Source: Planctomycetota bacterium
Lineage (GTDB): Bacteria; Planctomycetota; UBA8742; UBA2392
Assembly (NCBI GenBank): GCA_025993795.1
Contig: JAMQHL010000034.1
Span: 9,291-73,290 of the forward strand
Direction of reading: 5' to 3'
DNA length: 64,000 bases
Shown here: positions 19,053-26,926 of the stretch, in pieces
How the letters are laid out: the number at the start of each line of letters is the position of its first letter
Numbering within the stretch: the first letter of the stretch is position 1
Translations under genes and position numbers: made by a program
The notes under the pieces: model-generated
What the model saw: the letters and a program-made list of their open reading frames with translations, nothing else
Databases searched by the model: none
Told to the model about the DNA's origin: nothing

Positions 19053-19222
19053 CGAAAACTCCAGAGGGGAAAGCCGGGGTATGACAAGTGAGACGCGAAG
19101 CTGCCGCGGTCAGTTCCAGCAAAAGCCGGCGTCCATCAATGCGGCAGCGAAGAGCGCGATTATCGGACGCTGGCGCGCGCGGTGTCGGCCTAACCTGCCT
19201 TTGGCCAATCCTTTGCGTTGAT

Positions 19223-19251
19223 TTGACACGTCAAGTTCGTTGCGATAGCCT
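19223..19251 (+). promoter_or_regulatory. Sigma70-type promoter
   Basis: TTGACA-N17-TAGCCT; predicted TSS ~19258 at the start of the riboswitch. Confidence 0.75.
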
Positions 19252-19255
19252 GATT

Positions 19256-19388
19256 GCATCGCCGAGTTTTGCCCTGCGTGGGGCGAAAGCGGGGGACCCA
19301 GGATCCTTGGGGCTAATCGCAACAGCGTAGGGCCAATCTTCTTCGGCCCGAGCCCGTCAGCTAACCCCGCAGGCGTTGAAGAGGAGGC
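19256..19388 (+). ncRNA. c-di-AMP (ydaO/yuaA) riboswitch
   Basis: Conserved tracts ATCGC..GCGGGGGACCCA..TTGGGG.TAATC..GTAGGG..CCCGAGCCCGTCAGCTAACCCCGCAGGCGT; stems GCCC/GGGC, CCCA/TGGG, GGGCC/GGCCC; lies upstream of K+ transporter. Confidence 0.92.
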
Positions 19389-19390
19389 TG

Positions 19391-21304
19391 TTGCCGGCAT
19401 CCTCATTTGTCTGGCCGCGCGGACACTGCCCGCCGGTTTGGGCGGCGTGCAGGCTGAGGTCATCGTTGGGCGACACCAGGCTGATCCATCGAATTCTGAC
19501 CGACGAACGGGTCGAGAAATGGCGTGCGCGCTGCTTCTGGGTCAACGCGCCGATAGCGCTGCTGGCACTTGCCAGCTTTCTGCTGTTCCACGGTGAGGTG
19601 TTCCCGCAGCGCTGGGAGTCGTTCATCGCGCTGTTCCAGGCGCTGTGCCTGATTGCACTGATCGGCGAGACCGTGGGCGTCTTTGTCCTGGCGCGCAACC
19701 TGAAGGAGGGCTGGCGGCAGGCCCCCGGCGACACGATGGCGCTGCTGGTCGGCGCCCTGATGGGGCTCGGGTTGTTCGTTGTTTCGCCCTGGGGCGCAGC
19801 CTACCTGGACGAACCCACCACGCTCACGGCATTCGCCTACCTGACCCAGGCGGGATTGCTGTCTTTTGTAATGGTGCGGCTGCTGCGCCTGGTCAGCTTC
19901 GTGACGCGCCTGGTGCAAAGCCCTCTGCACGTGTTTCTCGGCAGCTTCGCCGGGCTGATTCTCATCGGCGCCGGCCTGCTGATGCTGCCAGGTGCCCATG
20001 CGCCGGAGCAGGAAGTTACGTTTCTTGACGCGTTCTTTACCGCCACGTCGGCTACATGCGTGACCGGTTTGACAGTGCTGGATACGGGCACGGCTTGGAC
20101 GCGCTTTGGTCAGCTGGTGATCATCACGCTGGTGCAGATGGGCGGTCTGGGCATCATGACGTTCGCTGCCTTCTTCGGCCTCGCGTTTGGGCGCGGCATG
20201 GGCGTCAAGGGTGCCGCCGCCGTTGGGGAAGTGATGAATCTTGACCTGATCGGGCGCGTCGGGCGGGTCACGGTCTGGATTCTGGGTACCACGCTGGTGT
20301 GCGAGGGCCTTGGTGTGTTCCTGCTTTACGGCCACTGGGTAGACGCGGCAGGCAACGTGCTGCCGGCAGGCGAGCAGCTCTACTATTCGATGTTTCACAG
20401 CATCAGCGCGTTCTGCAACGCGGGGTTTTCTCTCTACTCGGACAGCATGGTGCGCTATGTCGGGCACTGGCCGGTCGTGTTGAGCATCTCATGGCTTGTC
20501 GTCATGGGCGGCCTTGGCTTTACCGCGATCATGGAGGTAACGACATTCCGGTTCTGGGCGCACCCGTGGGCACGCCGTGTTTCGTTCATCAAGCGCAGAG
20601 TGAAGGGCCAGCCGATCCCGCGACTGAGCCTGCAGTCAAAGATCATCCTGACCATGACCGCGGCCCTGCTGCTGATCGGCACGGCCGGCATGCTGGTCTT
20701 TGAATGGAACTACACGCTCAGGGAACTGGATTGGGACGACAAGCTGGCGGCTGCGCTGTTCCAGTCGATGGCGGCGCGCACTGCCGGGTTCAACAGCGTG
20801 GATACTCCGTCAACCAGCACTGCCACGCAGTTCTGGACGATCCTGCTGATGATTGTCGGCGGCAGCCCGGGCAGCGTGGCCGGCGGCATCAAGACCACAA
20901 CGTTTTTCGTAATGATCCTGTCGGTGGCGGCTACGTTTACCGGACGCCCCACAGAAGCATTCCGCCGCCGAATCCCTGAGTCGCTGATCCGCAAGTCGCT
21001 GGTCATGCTGGTGCTGGCCATGGTGTTCATTTCCGCCGCCACGCTGGCGCTGTGCGTCACCGAAGCCGACCACATGGCGGGGGACTATTACGGTTTTGAG
21101 CATGTTCTGTTCGAAGCCTCCAGCGCATTCTGTACCGTGGGCCTCAGCAGCGGCATGAGCAGCGAGTTGACCCCTGCCGGGCGGATCATCATCATCGCGT
21201 GCATGTACATCGGGCGAATCGGGCCGCTGACGCTGGTGCTGGCGATCGGCCGCCGGGCACAGCGCAGGTTTGAGTATCCTGAAGAGAACATCATGATCGG
21301 CTGA
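19391..21304 (+). CDS. Ktr/Trk potassium uptake membrane subunit (KtrB/TrkH family) with N-terminal membrane extension
   Basis: Four filter motifs ATCVTGL, AFCNAGF, ARTAGFN, AFCTVGL; GGSPGSVAGGIKTTT; start codon uncertain. Confidence 0.92.
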   Translation: MPASSFVWPRGHCPPVWAACRLRSSLGDTRLIHRILTDERVEKWRARCFWVNAPIALLALASFLLFHGEVFPQRWESFIALFQALCLIALIGETVGVFVLARNLKEGWRQAPGDTMALLVGALMGLGLFVVSPWGAAYLDEPTTLTAFAYLTQAGLLSFVMVRLLRLVSFVTRLVQSPLHVFLGSFAGLILIGAGLLMLPGAHAPEQEVTFLDAFFTATSATCVTGLTVLDTGTAWTRFGQLVIITLVQMGGLGIMTFAAFFGLAFGRGMGVKGAAAVGEVMNLDLIGRVGRVTVWILGTTLVCEGLGVFLLYGHWVDAAGNVLPAGEQLYYSMFHSISAFCNAGFSLYSDSMVRYVGHWPVVLSISWLVVMGGLGFTAIMEVTTFRFWAHPWARRVSFIKRRVKGQPIPRLSLQSKIILTMTAALLLIGTAGMLVFEWNYTLRELDWDDKLAAALFQSMAARTAGFNSVDTPSTSTATQFWTILLMIVGGSPGSVAGGIKTTTFFVMILSVAATFTGRPTEAFRRRIPESLIRKSLVMLVLAMVFISAATLALCVTEADHMAGDYYGFEHVLFEASSAFCTVGLSSGMSSELTPAGRIIIIACMYIGRIGPLTLVLAIGRRAQRRFEYPEENIMIG

Positions 21305-21330
21305 AGCAAAGCCGGCAGAAAGAGGGTTCA

Positions 21331-21987
21331 GTGCAGAAAGTTGCCATCATCGGTCTGGGTCGTTTCGGCATGGCGCTGGCAGAGGCGCTGGCCAAGGATG
21401 GCCTTGAGGTCATCGCCATCGACACGGTGCCCGCAGTGGTGGACCAGATCAAGGACAAGGTCGCGCTTGCAGTGACCGCCGACGCCCGGGAACTCGAGAC
21501 CCTGCGCTCGCTGGGGCTCGGAAAAGTCGACACCGTGGTGGTCGCCATCGGCGAGAACTTCGAGGCCACGCAGCTTGCGATGCTGGCAGCGCGTGACCTG
21601 GACTATCCCCGCGTGATTGCGCGCGCCAACGACCGCATCAAGGCCACGATTCTGCGCCGCCTTGGCGCTGACGAAGTCATCATGCCCGAAGAACAGGCAG
21701 CCCTGAAGCTGGCGCAGAAACTTGCAAAGCCGGGCCTGCTTGAGGCAGTCGAGATCGGCACCGAGCACAGCTTCGTACAGGTCAAGGCGCCGCGCGCCGT
21801 GATTGGAAAGACGCTGCTTGAGCTAAACCTGCGCAAGACTTTCAGCGTGAACCTGGTTGCGATCAGCAGCGCGGACGGCAACAACATCAGCATCCCCGGC
21901 CCGGACACAACGCCCGGCGAAAACGACGTGCTGATGATCGTGGGCAAGGACAAAGACATCGACCGGTTCATGCGCGAAACCGAGTAG
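21331..21987 (+). CDS. Ktr/Trk regulatory subunit (KtrA/TrkA family, RCK_N + RCK_C)
   Basis: IGLGRFG nucleotide-binding motif, VIMPEEQAA, C-terminal LNLRKTFSVNLVAI. Confidence 0.93.
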   Translation: MQKVAIIGLGRFGMALAEALAKDGLEVIAIDTVPAVVDQIKDKVALAVTADARELETLRSLGLGKVDTVVVAIGENFEATQLAMLAARDLDYPRVIARANDRIKATILRRLGADEVIMPEEQAALKLAQKLAKPGLLEAVEIGTEHSFVQVKAPRAVIGKTLLELNLRKTFSVNLVAISSADGNNISIPGPDTTPGENDVLMIVGKDKDIDRFMRETE

Positions 21988-22130
21988 TGGACGCAGGCGC
22001 TCGATGTGCCGCACCATCCGCAGGTTGTTGAACTTTGACCCGCCCGCGACAGACACCGAAGTCGAAGCTGAGAAGGCGCGCGCAAGCGCTTCTCCGCCCC
22101 CGCCCGGCAAGCGTAAATGGGTGAATGCGC

Positions 22131-22685
22131 CTAATCGGGCTGGCGCGCCGTGCCCGTTTCAAGCAGATCGCTGATCTGGCGCGCGAGGTTCAGCACGCTG
22201 AACTTGAAGCGTCCCTGGGCCGTGGCGGTCTCGAACACGCCACTGCTGCCCTTGCCCTCGAGTTTGCCCTCATACAGCACTTCGCCGGTCTTGGCGTCAG
22301 TGATTCTTACGTTTGCGCGCGCAAATCCGGCGCCGCCTACCCCGAAGCTGCCGCCCTTGTCCATCTCGTATATGTCGCACTCAACGTAGGACTTGGTTGC
22401 CTCACTTGCGTCCTTGATGTGCGTGATATTTTTGTAGCACTCGCTGTTCATTTCCTTCTGGAAGTCCACGCTCCATCCGGCAACCCACAGCCGCCACTCC
22501 TCGTCCGGGATTTCCCAGTCCTGTAGTGGCTTGAAGCTGACTGTCAGCCCCGTGACCTCGTACGCGCCGGTCATTTCGAGGCGGTTGGTCTCCCGCGTCT
22601 TTTCATCAATGATGGAACGCCCGCCGCACCCGCCAATACCAACCAAGCCAACGAGTGCAGCAACGAGCAGCAAGAGTCTGCGCAT
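22131..22685 (-). CDS. Hypothetical lipoprotein
   Basis: MRRLLLLVAALVGLVGIGGC signal with Cys; GGAGG upstream. Confidence 0.75.
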   Translation of the reverse strand: MRRLLLLVAALVGLVGIGGCGGRSIIDEKTRETNRLEMTGAYEVTGLTVSFKPLQDWEIPDEEWRLWVAGWSVDFQKEMNSECYKNITHIKDASEATKSYVECDIYEMDKGGSFGVGGAGFARANVRITDAKTGEVLYEGKLEGKGSSGVFETATAQGRFKFSVLNLARQISDLLETGTARQPD

Positions 22686-22832
22686 GATGAACCTCCGGCG
22701 TTCGTTCGTGGACAATACAGTGGCAGGCCGAGATCTTAGCAAATTGTCACCAGAATGCCCCGGTTGTGAGTTCCGTCAGTGCAAACCCGCGCTCGCTTGC
22801 GGCCGGCCCGACGTTGACTAAGGTTCGCAGGC

Positions 22833-23642
22833 ATGGCCGGCAAAATCCGCATCGGAGTCGTCAGCTATCTCAACGCGATGCCGTTGTGGATCGCGCTGCG
22901 GCATGACGAAGACATTGAGCTGGTACCCGATACCCCGGCACGGCTGTCAGACCTGATGCGCCAAGGCAAGCTGGACATTGGCCTGCTGCCCGTGGTTGAG
23001 GCGCTGCGCGAGCCCGCGCTCAGCTTTTTCCCGGACTTGGGGATTTCCGCCGACGGCACGGTTGACAGCGTCGGCCTGTTTACGCGCGAAGAGCTTTCCA
23101 ATGTCAAGACCGTCGCGCTTTCCGCCGCAAGCCGCACCAGCAACGCGCTGGCGCGTGTCGTGCTGAACGAAGTCGGCGCACGGCCGGCCTACGAGCAGGT
23201 GGATGTTCTGCCCGAGTCGCTTGCACAGCGCAACGAAGACGCCGTGTTGCTGATCGGTGATGCCTGCCTGCGCGGCCGCAAAGTGGAGCAGGACCGCGTG
23301 TTCGTTGACCTGGCAGCCGAATGGAAGATCCTGACTGACCTGCCGTTCGTGTTCGCGGTCTGGGCGGGGCCCGACGCGCTGCTGACACCCGCGTTGCACA
23401 AGCGGCTGCACACGGCGCTGCGGCAGGGGCGCGAGCTGACCTATAGCGCAATTCGCTACGCTGCCATGGACACCGGCTGGAGCGAAGCCGAGCTTGGGCA
23501 TTATCTGGAAGAAGTGATTATTCACGACCTTGGGCCGCAGTCGCTGAAGGGGCTGCTGGAGTTTGCGCGCCGCGCATCAGCGTTGAGTGAGCTGCCCAGG
23601 TCTGCGGTGGACAGAGTGCTCGATGCCATCAAGCTGGCCTAG
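22833..23642 (+). CDS. mqnA: Chorismate dehydratase (futalosine pathway)
   Basis: VSYLNAMPL, ASRTS, LLIGD, DLAAEW, LPFVFAVW. Confidence 0.92.
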   Translation: MAGKIRIGVVSYLNAMPLWIALRHDEDIELVPDTPARLSDLMRQGKLDIGLLPVVEALREPALSFFPDLGISADGTVDSVGLFTREELSNVKTVALSAASRTSNALARVVLNEVGARPAYEQVDVLPESLAQRNEDAVLLIGDACLRGRKVEQDRVFVDLAAEWKILTDLPFVFAVWAGPDALLTPALHKRLHTALRQGRELTYSAIRYAAMDTGWSEAELGHYLEEVIIHDLGPQSLKGLLEFARRASALSELPRSAVDRVLDAIKLA

Positions 23643-23823
23643 CCAGGCAGATCGGCGCCATTGGCGCGATCACGCCGGGCCAACGCGCGATCAAGAAACG
23701 CGATGTCCGGTGTGGTAAGGCACCGGTATTGAGCGCTGATCCTGCAACCAATGCCCCAGCAATGAAGACCAGCCCTGCAGCTCGGTGGCTTTCCGTTGCG
23801 CGATGCCGGTCTATAGTGCCGGC

Positions 23824-24987
23824 ATGATTGCCAGGGCAACACCAGCTGAGTTCCTGCGCGTAGCCGACAAGGTGCTTGAGGGCAAACGCATCTCACCCGA
23901 TGAGGGCCTGTACCTGCTTGGGCACGCGCCCGTGCATGAGCTGGCGGCACTGGCGGACACCGTCCGCGATCGGAAAATGCACGCCGCCGGCCGCGCCGAC
24001 CTGGTCACCTACGTGATCAGCCGCAACATCAACTACACCAACGTGTGCATCACCGATTGCGACTTCTGCAGCTTCTATCGCCGGCCGCTTGATAAAGATG
24101 CCTACACGCTGGACACTGAGGCGCTGCGCACCAAGGCGCAGGAAACACTCGATCTCGGCGGGACCGAAATCCTGTTGCAGGGCGGCCACAACCCAAAGCT
24201 GCCGCTGAAGTACTACGCCGACATGCTGGGCCTGTTTCGCGACATGGGCCTGCACAACCACGCGTTCAGCCCCAGCGAGATCCAGCACCTGGCCATGTTC
24301 TGGAAGATGACGCTGCCCGAGGTCCTGCGTGAGCTCAAGGCCGCCGGCCTGCAGAGCATCCCCGGCGGTGGCGCCGAGATCCTGAACGACCGCGTGCGCG
24401 GAATCATCTGCCCCAAGAAAGGCGGCGCAGACGCGTGGCTTGAGCCAATGCGCCAGGCCCACAAGCTGGGCATACGCACCAGCGCAACCATGATGTTCGG
24501 CCACGTCGAAACGTTTCCCGAGCGCATTGAACACCTTGAACGCCTGCGCGCATTGCAGGACGAGACCGGCGGTTTCACGGCTTTCATCTGCTGGACGTTT
24601 CAGGCCGAAGGAAACCGCATGCACGACGTGCATATGGCTGGCGCACACGACTACCTGCGCACGCAAGCCGTCGCGCGTATCTACCTTGATAACTTCGAGA
24701 ACTGCCAGGCAAGCTGGGTAACCCAGGGCGGGCAGGTCGGGCAGGTCAGCCTGCGCTATGGCTGCAACGACATGGGCAGCCTGATGATTGAAGAGAACGT
24801 GGTAAGGCTGGCAGGCGCGGCCTTTCGCATGACCGAGTTCGAGATTCGTCGGCTGGTACGCGAAGCCGGCTACCAACCCCAACGCCGCAACTTCTACTAC
24901 GAGCAACAGAAAGAACCCGCCGACCTGGACGCCACACTCGAATCCGCAGCCACCGGCGACAAGCGCCGCGTGGCGATCGCGGGCTAG
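23824..24987 (+). CDS. mqnC: Cyclic dehypoxanthinyl futalosine synthase (radical SAM)
   Basis: RNINYTNVCITDCDFC, LQGGHNP, PGGGAE, ATMMFGH, ASWVTQG, NDMGSLMIEENV. Confidence 0.9.
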   Translation: MIARATPAEFLRVADKVLEGKRISPDEGLYLLGHAPVHELAALADTVRDRKMHAAGRADLVTYVISRNINYTNVCITDCDFCSFYRRPLDKDAYTLDTEALRTKAQETLDLGGTEILLQGGHNPKLPLKYYADMLGLFRDMGLHNHAFSPSEIQHLAMFWKMTLPEVLRELKAAGLQSIPGGGAEILNDRVRGIICPKKGGADAWLEPMRQAHKLGIRTSATMMFGHVETFPERIEHLERLRALQDETGGFTAFICWTFQAEGNRMHDVHMAGAHDYLRTQAVARIYLDNFENCQASWVTQGGQVGQVSLRYGCNDMGSLMIEENVVRLAGAAFRMTEFEIRRLVREAGYQPQRRNFYYEQQKEPADLDATLESAATGDKRRVAIAG

Positions 24988-25120
24988 TGCGGGGGCATGG
25001 GTGCCTCGCCCGATGCCGGCTTGCAGCTGCAGCTCACGGGCGGCGTGCGGGTGCCACTTTCGAGCTATTGCCTTTCCCACGCACTTCGCATGGCGTGAAA
25101 CGTCGCTACAATGCCGCGCC

Positions 25121-26206
25121 ATGACGACTGCTGCGCTTGAGTTGAGACCGCTTTCGCCCCAGCGCGACTGTCGTGCCTACCTGCTGTGGGACCCTGCCAC
25201 GCTTGAATCCGCCGTCATTGATGTGCGCTTTGATGCTGTGCAGCACACGCTGCCCGTGCTGGCTGAGTTGGGCCTGAAGTTGAAGTACGCCATCGACACA
25301 CATACCCATGCTGACCACCTGAGCGGCAGCGACCGGCTGCGTAATTTGACCGGCTGCAAAGTCGTGATGAGCAGCGACGCGCGCTCACGCGTGCCTGACC
25401 ATCTGGTGCAGGACGGTTCGTCGCTGAAACTTGGCGACCACGAGCTGCGCTTCTTGCATACGCCCGGGCACACGCCTGACAGCATGTGCATCTTTGACGG
25501 CGCGCGGGTCTTTACCGGCGACACGCTGTTTATCGGCAGCGCTGCCCGCACCGACTTCATGGGTGGCAGCAGCGAGCAACTGTTCGCGAGCTTCCGAAAG
25601 ATTGAAAAACTCGGCCCCGGCATCGAAGTCTGGCCCGGCCACGACTACAACGGCAAGTTCAGCAGCACCGTCGGCGCAGAACTCAAATCCAACGGCGCGT
25701 TTGCCGACAGCAAAGCCGGCCTGGTTGACCGCCTGAACATCAAGGGCGCGTTGCCCGCCAACATGGCTGAAGTGCTCAGTTTCAACACAGAAGCCGGCTT
25801 GCCCGAGGCGCGCATTGTCACGCCGCAGCAGGTAGCCGGGCTGGGTGTCGCGGGCAAGGACTACACGCTGCTGGATGTGCGCTATGCAGACGAGTGGGCT
25901 GCGGGCCGGGCGCCCGGCGCCGTGTTCATCCCGATGCCCGAAGTGTCAGCACGCTTTGACGAAATTCGCAAGCTGCCGCACCCGATTGTCAGCGTCTGCC
26001 GCAGCGGCGTGCGCGCGACCTTGATGATGATGACCGCGCGCCACGCGGGCGACGACGACTGGCTGTTGCTTGAGGGCGGCATGATCGCCTGGCACAACGC
26101 GGGGCTGCCCATGGAAAGCGACAGCGGCGCCCCCGGGGTTATCGCAAGCAAGTTCTCTACGGGTGGAAGCTGCCAGTCGGGCGACCGCACCTGCGACGCC
26201 CACTAG
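25121..26206 (+). CDS. MBL-fold persulfide dioxygenase (ETHE1-like)-rhodanese fusion
   Basis: DTHTHADH, TPGHT, FTGDTLF, RTDF, PGHDY; rhodanese loop CRSGVR. Confidence 0.85.
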   Translation: MTTAALELRPLSPQRDCRAYLLWDPATLESAVIDVRFDAVQHTLPVLAELGLKLKYAIDTHTHADHLSGSDRLRNLTGCKVVMSSDARSRVPDHLVQDGSSLKLGDHELRFLHTPGHTPDSMCIFDGARVFTGDTLFIGSAARTDFMGGSSEQLFASFRKIEKLGPGIEVWPGHDYNGKFSSTVGAELKSNGAFADSKAGLVDRLNIKGALPANMAEVLSFNTEAGLPEARIVTPQQVAGLGVAGKDYTLLDVRYADEWAAGRAPGAVFIPMPEVSARFDEIRKLPHPIVSVCRSGVRATLMMMTARHAGDDDWLLLEGGMIAWHNAGLPMESDSGAPGVIASKFSTGGSCQSGDRTCDAH

Positions 26207-26221
26207 AGCGATCAAGAGCGA

Positions 26222-26926
26222 CTACTCTTCGTCTTCGTACTTGGGCCAGCTGGTGATGTCGTCGCCCCGGCCGTACTGGTTGATGCCGTCGGGCCCGAAG
26301 CTCCATAGTGCGTAGTCGGACGGATATGCGCCCGTGGTCGGGTGACGCAGGGCATCCTGGGCGTCCTGCGCGGTGATTCGGATCTGCGTGCCATTGGCCA
26401 GCGTGATGTTCTGGTCAAGGCGCCCGTTGCGTAACTCCACGATGTTGACGTACACAAGCGGGTTGCCCCACGGATCTACAAATTCAAACAGGTCGCGCGA
26501 AGTGCCCACTTCGATGTCCAGGGCCTGCGGCGCAAGTGCGCTCTCGACCACCAGGTCAAGGTCCATGTTTGTGCGGCGCTTGTCGTCGGCAAACAACGGC
26601 ACGTTCAGGTAGGGTCCGTTTTCCTTGCGCGAGCGCAGCGCCAGAATCAGCGTCTCGATGCCTTCGTTTTCCTTGTTCGGGGCTGCCAGCACCTGGTTGG
26701 GCATCATCAGCGCCGCAAGGTCCTGCATGTTGCTTGGCGGTGCCGTTCCCCAGCGCGCCGAGTAGCTGTCAATGTTGGTCTTGAGCGTCTGGATTGTGGC
26801 GGTGGCTTCAGCCTGTTCGCTTTTTGAGAACGCGCCCGAGAACGCAACCACCAGCACCGCCATCAGGATCACGATGATCCCGATGACAATCATGATCTCG
26901 ATCAGCGTGAAGCCGCGCCTGCGCAT
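26222..26926 (-). CDS. Type IV pilin / GspG-like pseudopilin
   Basis: Class III signal RG|FTLIE + hydrophobic helix; DPWGNPL..WSFGPDG..DDI C-terminal motifs. Confidence 0.9.
   Translation of the reverse strand: MRRRGFTLIEIMIVIGIIVILMAVLVVAFSGAFSKSEQAEATATIQTLKTNIDSYSARWGTAPPSNMQDLAALMMPNQVLAAPNKENEGIETLILALRSRKENGPYLNVPLFADDKRRTNMDLDLVVESALAPQALDIEVGTSRDLFEFVDPWGNPLVYVNIVELRNGRLDQNITLANGTQIRITAQDAQDALRHPTTGAYPSDYALWSFGPDGINQYGRGDDITSWPKYEDEE

Noticed and set aside
22743-22832. GCAAACC upstream of mqnA as a possible riboswitch
   Set aside because: Rest of the GEMM consensus is absent; the region fits a leaderless promoter instead
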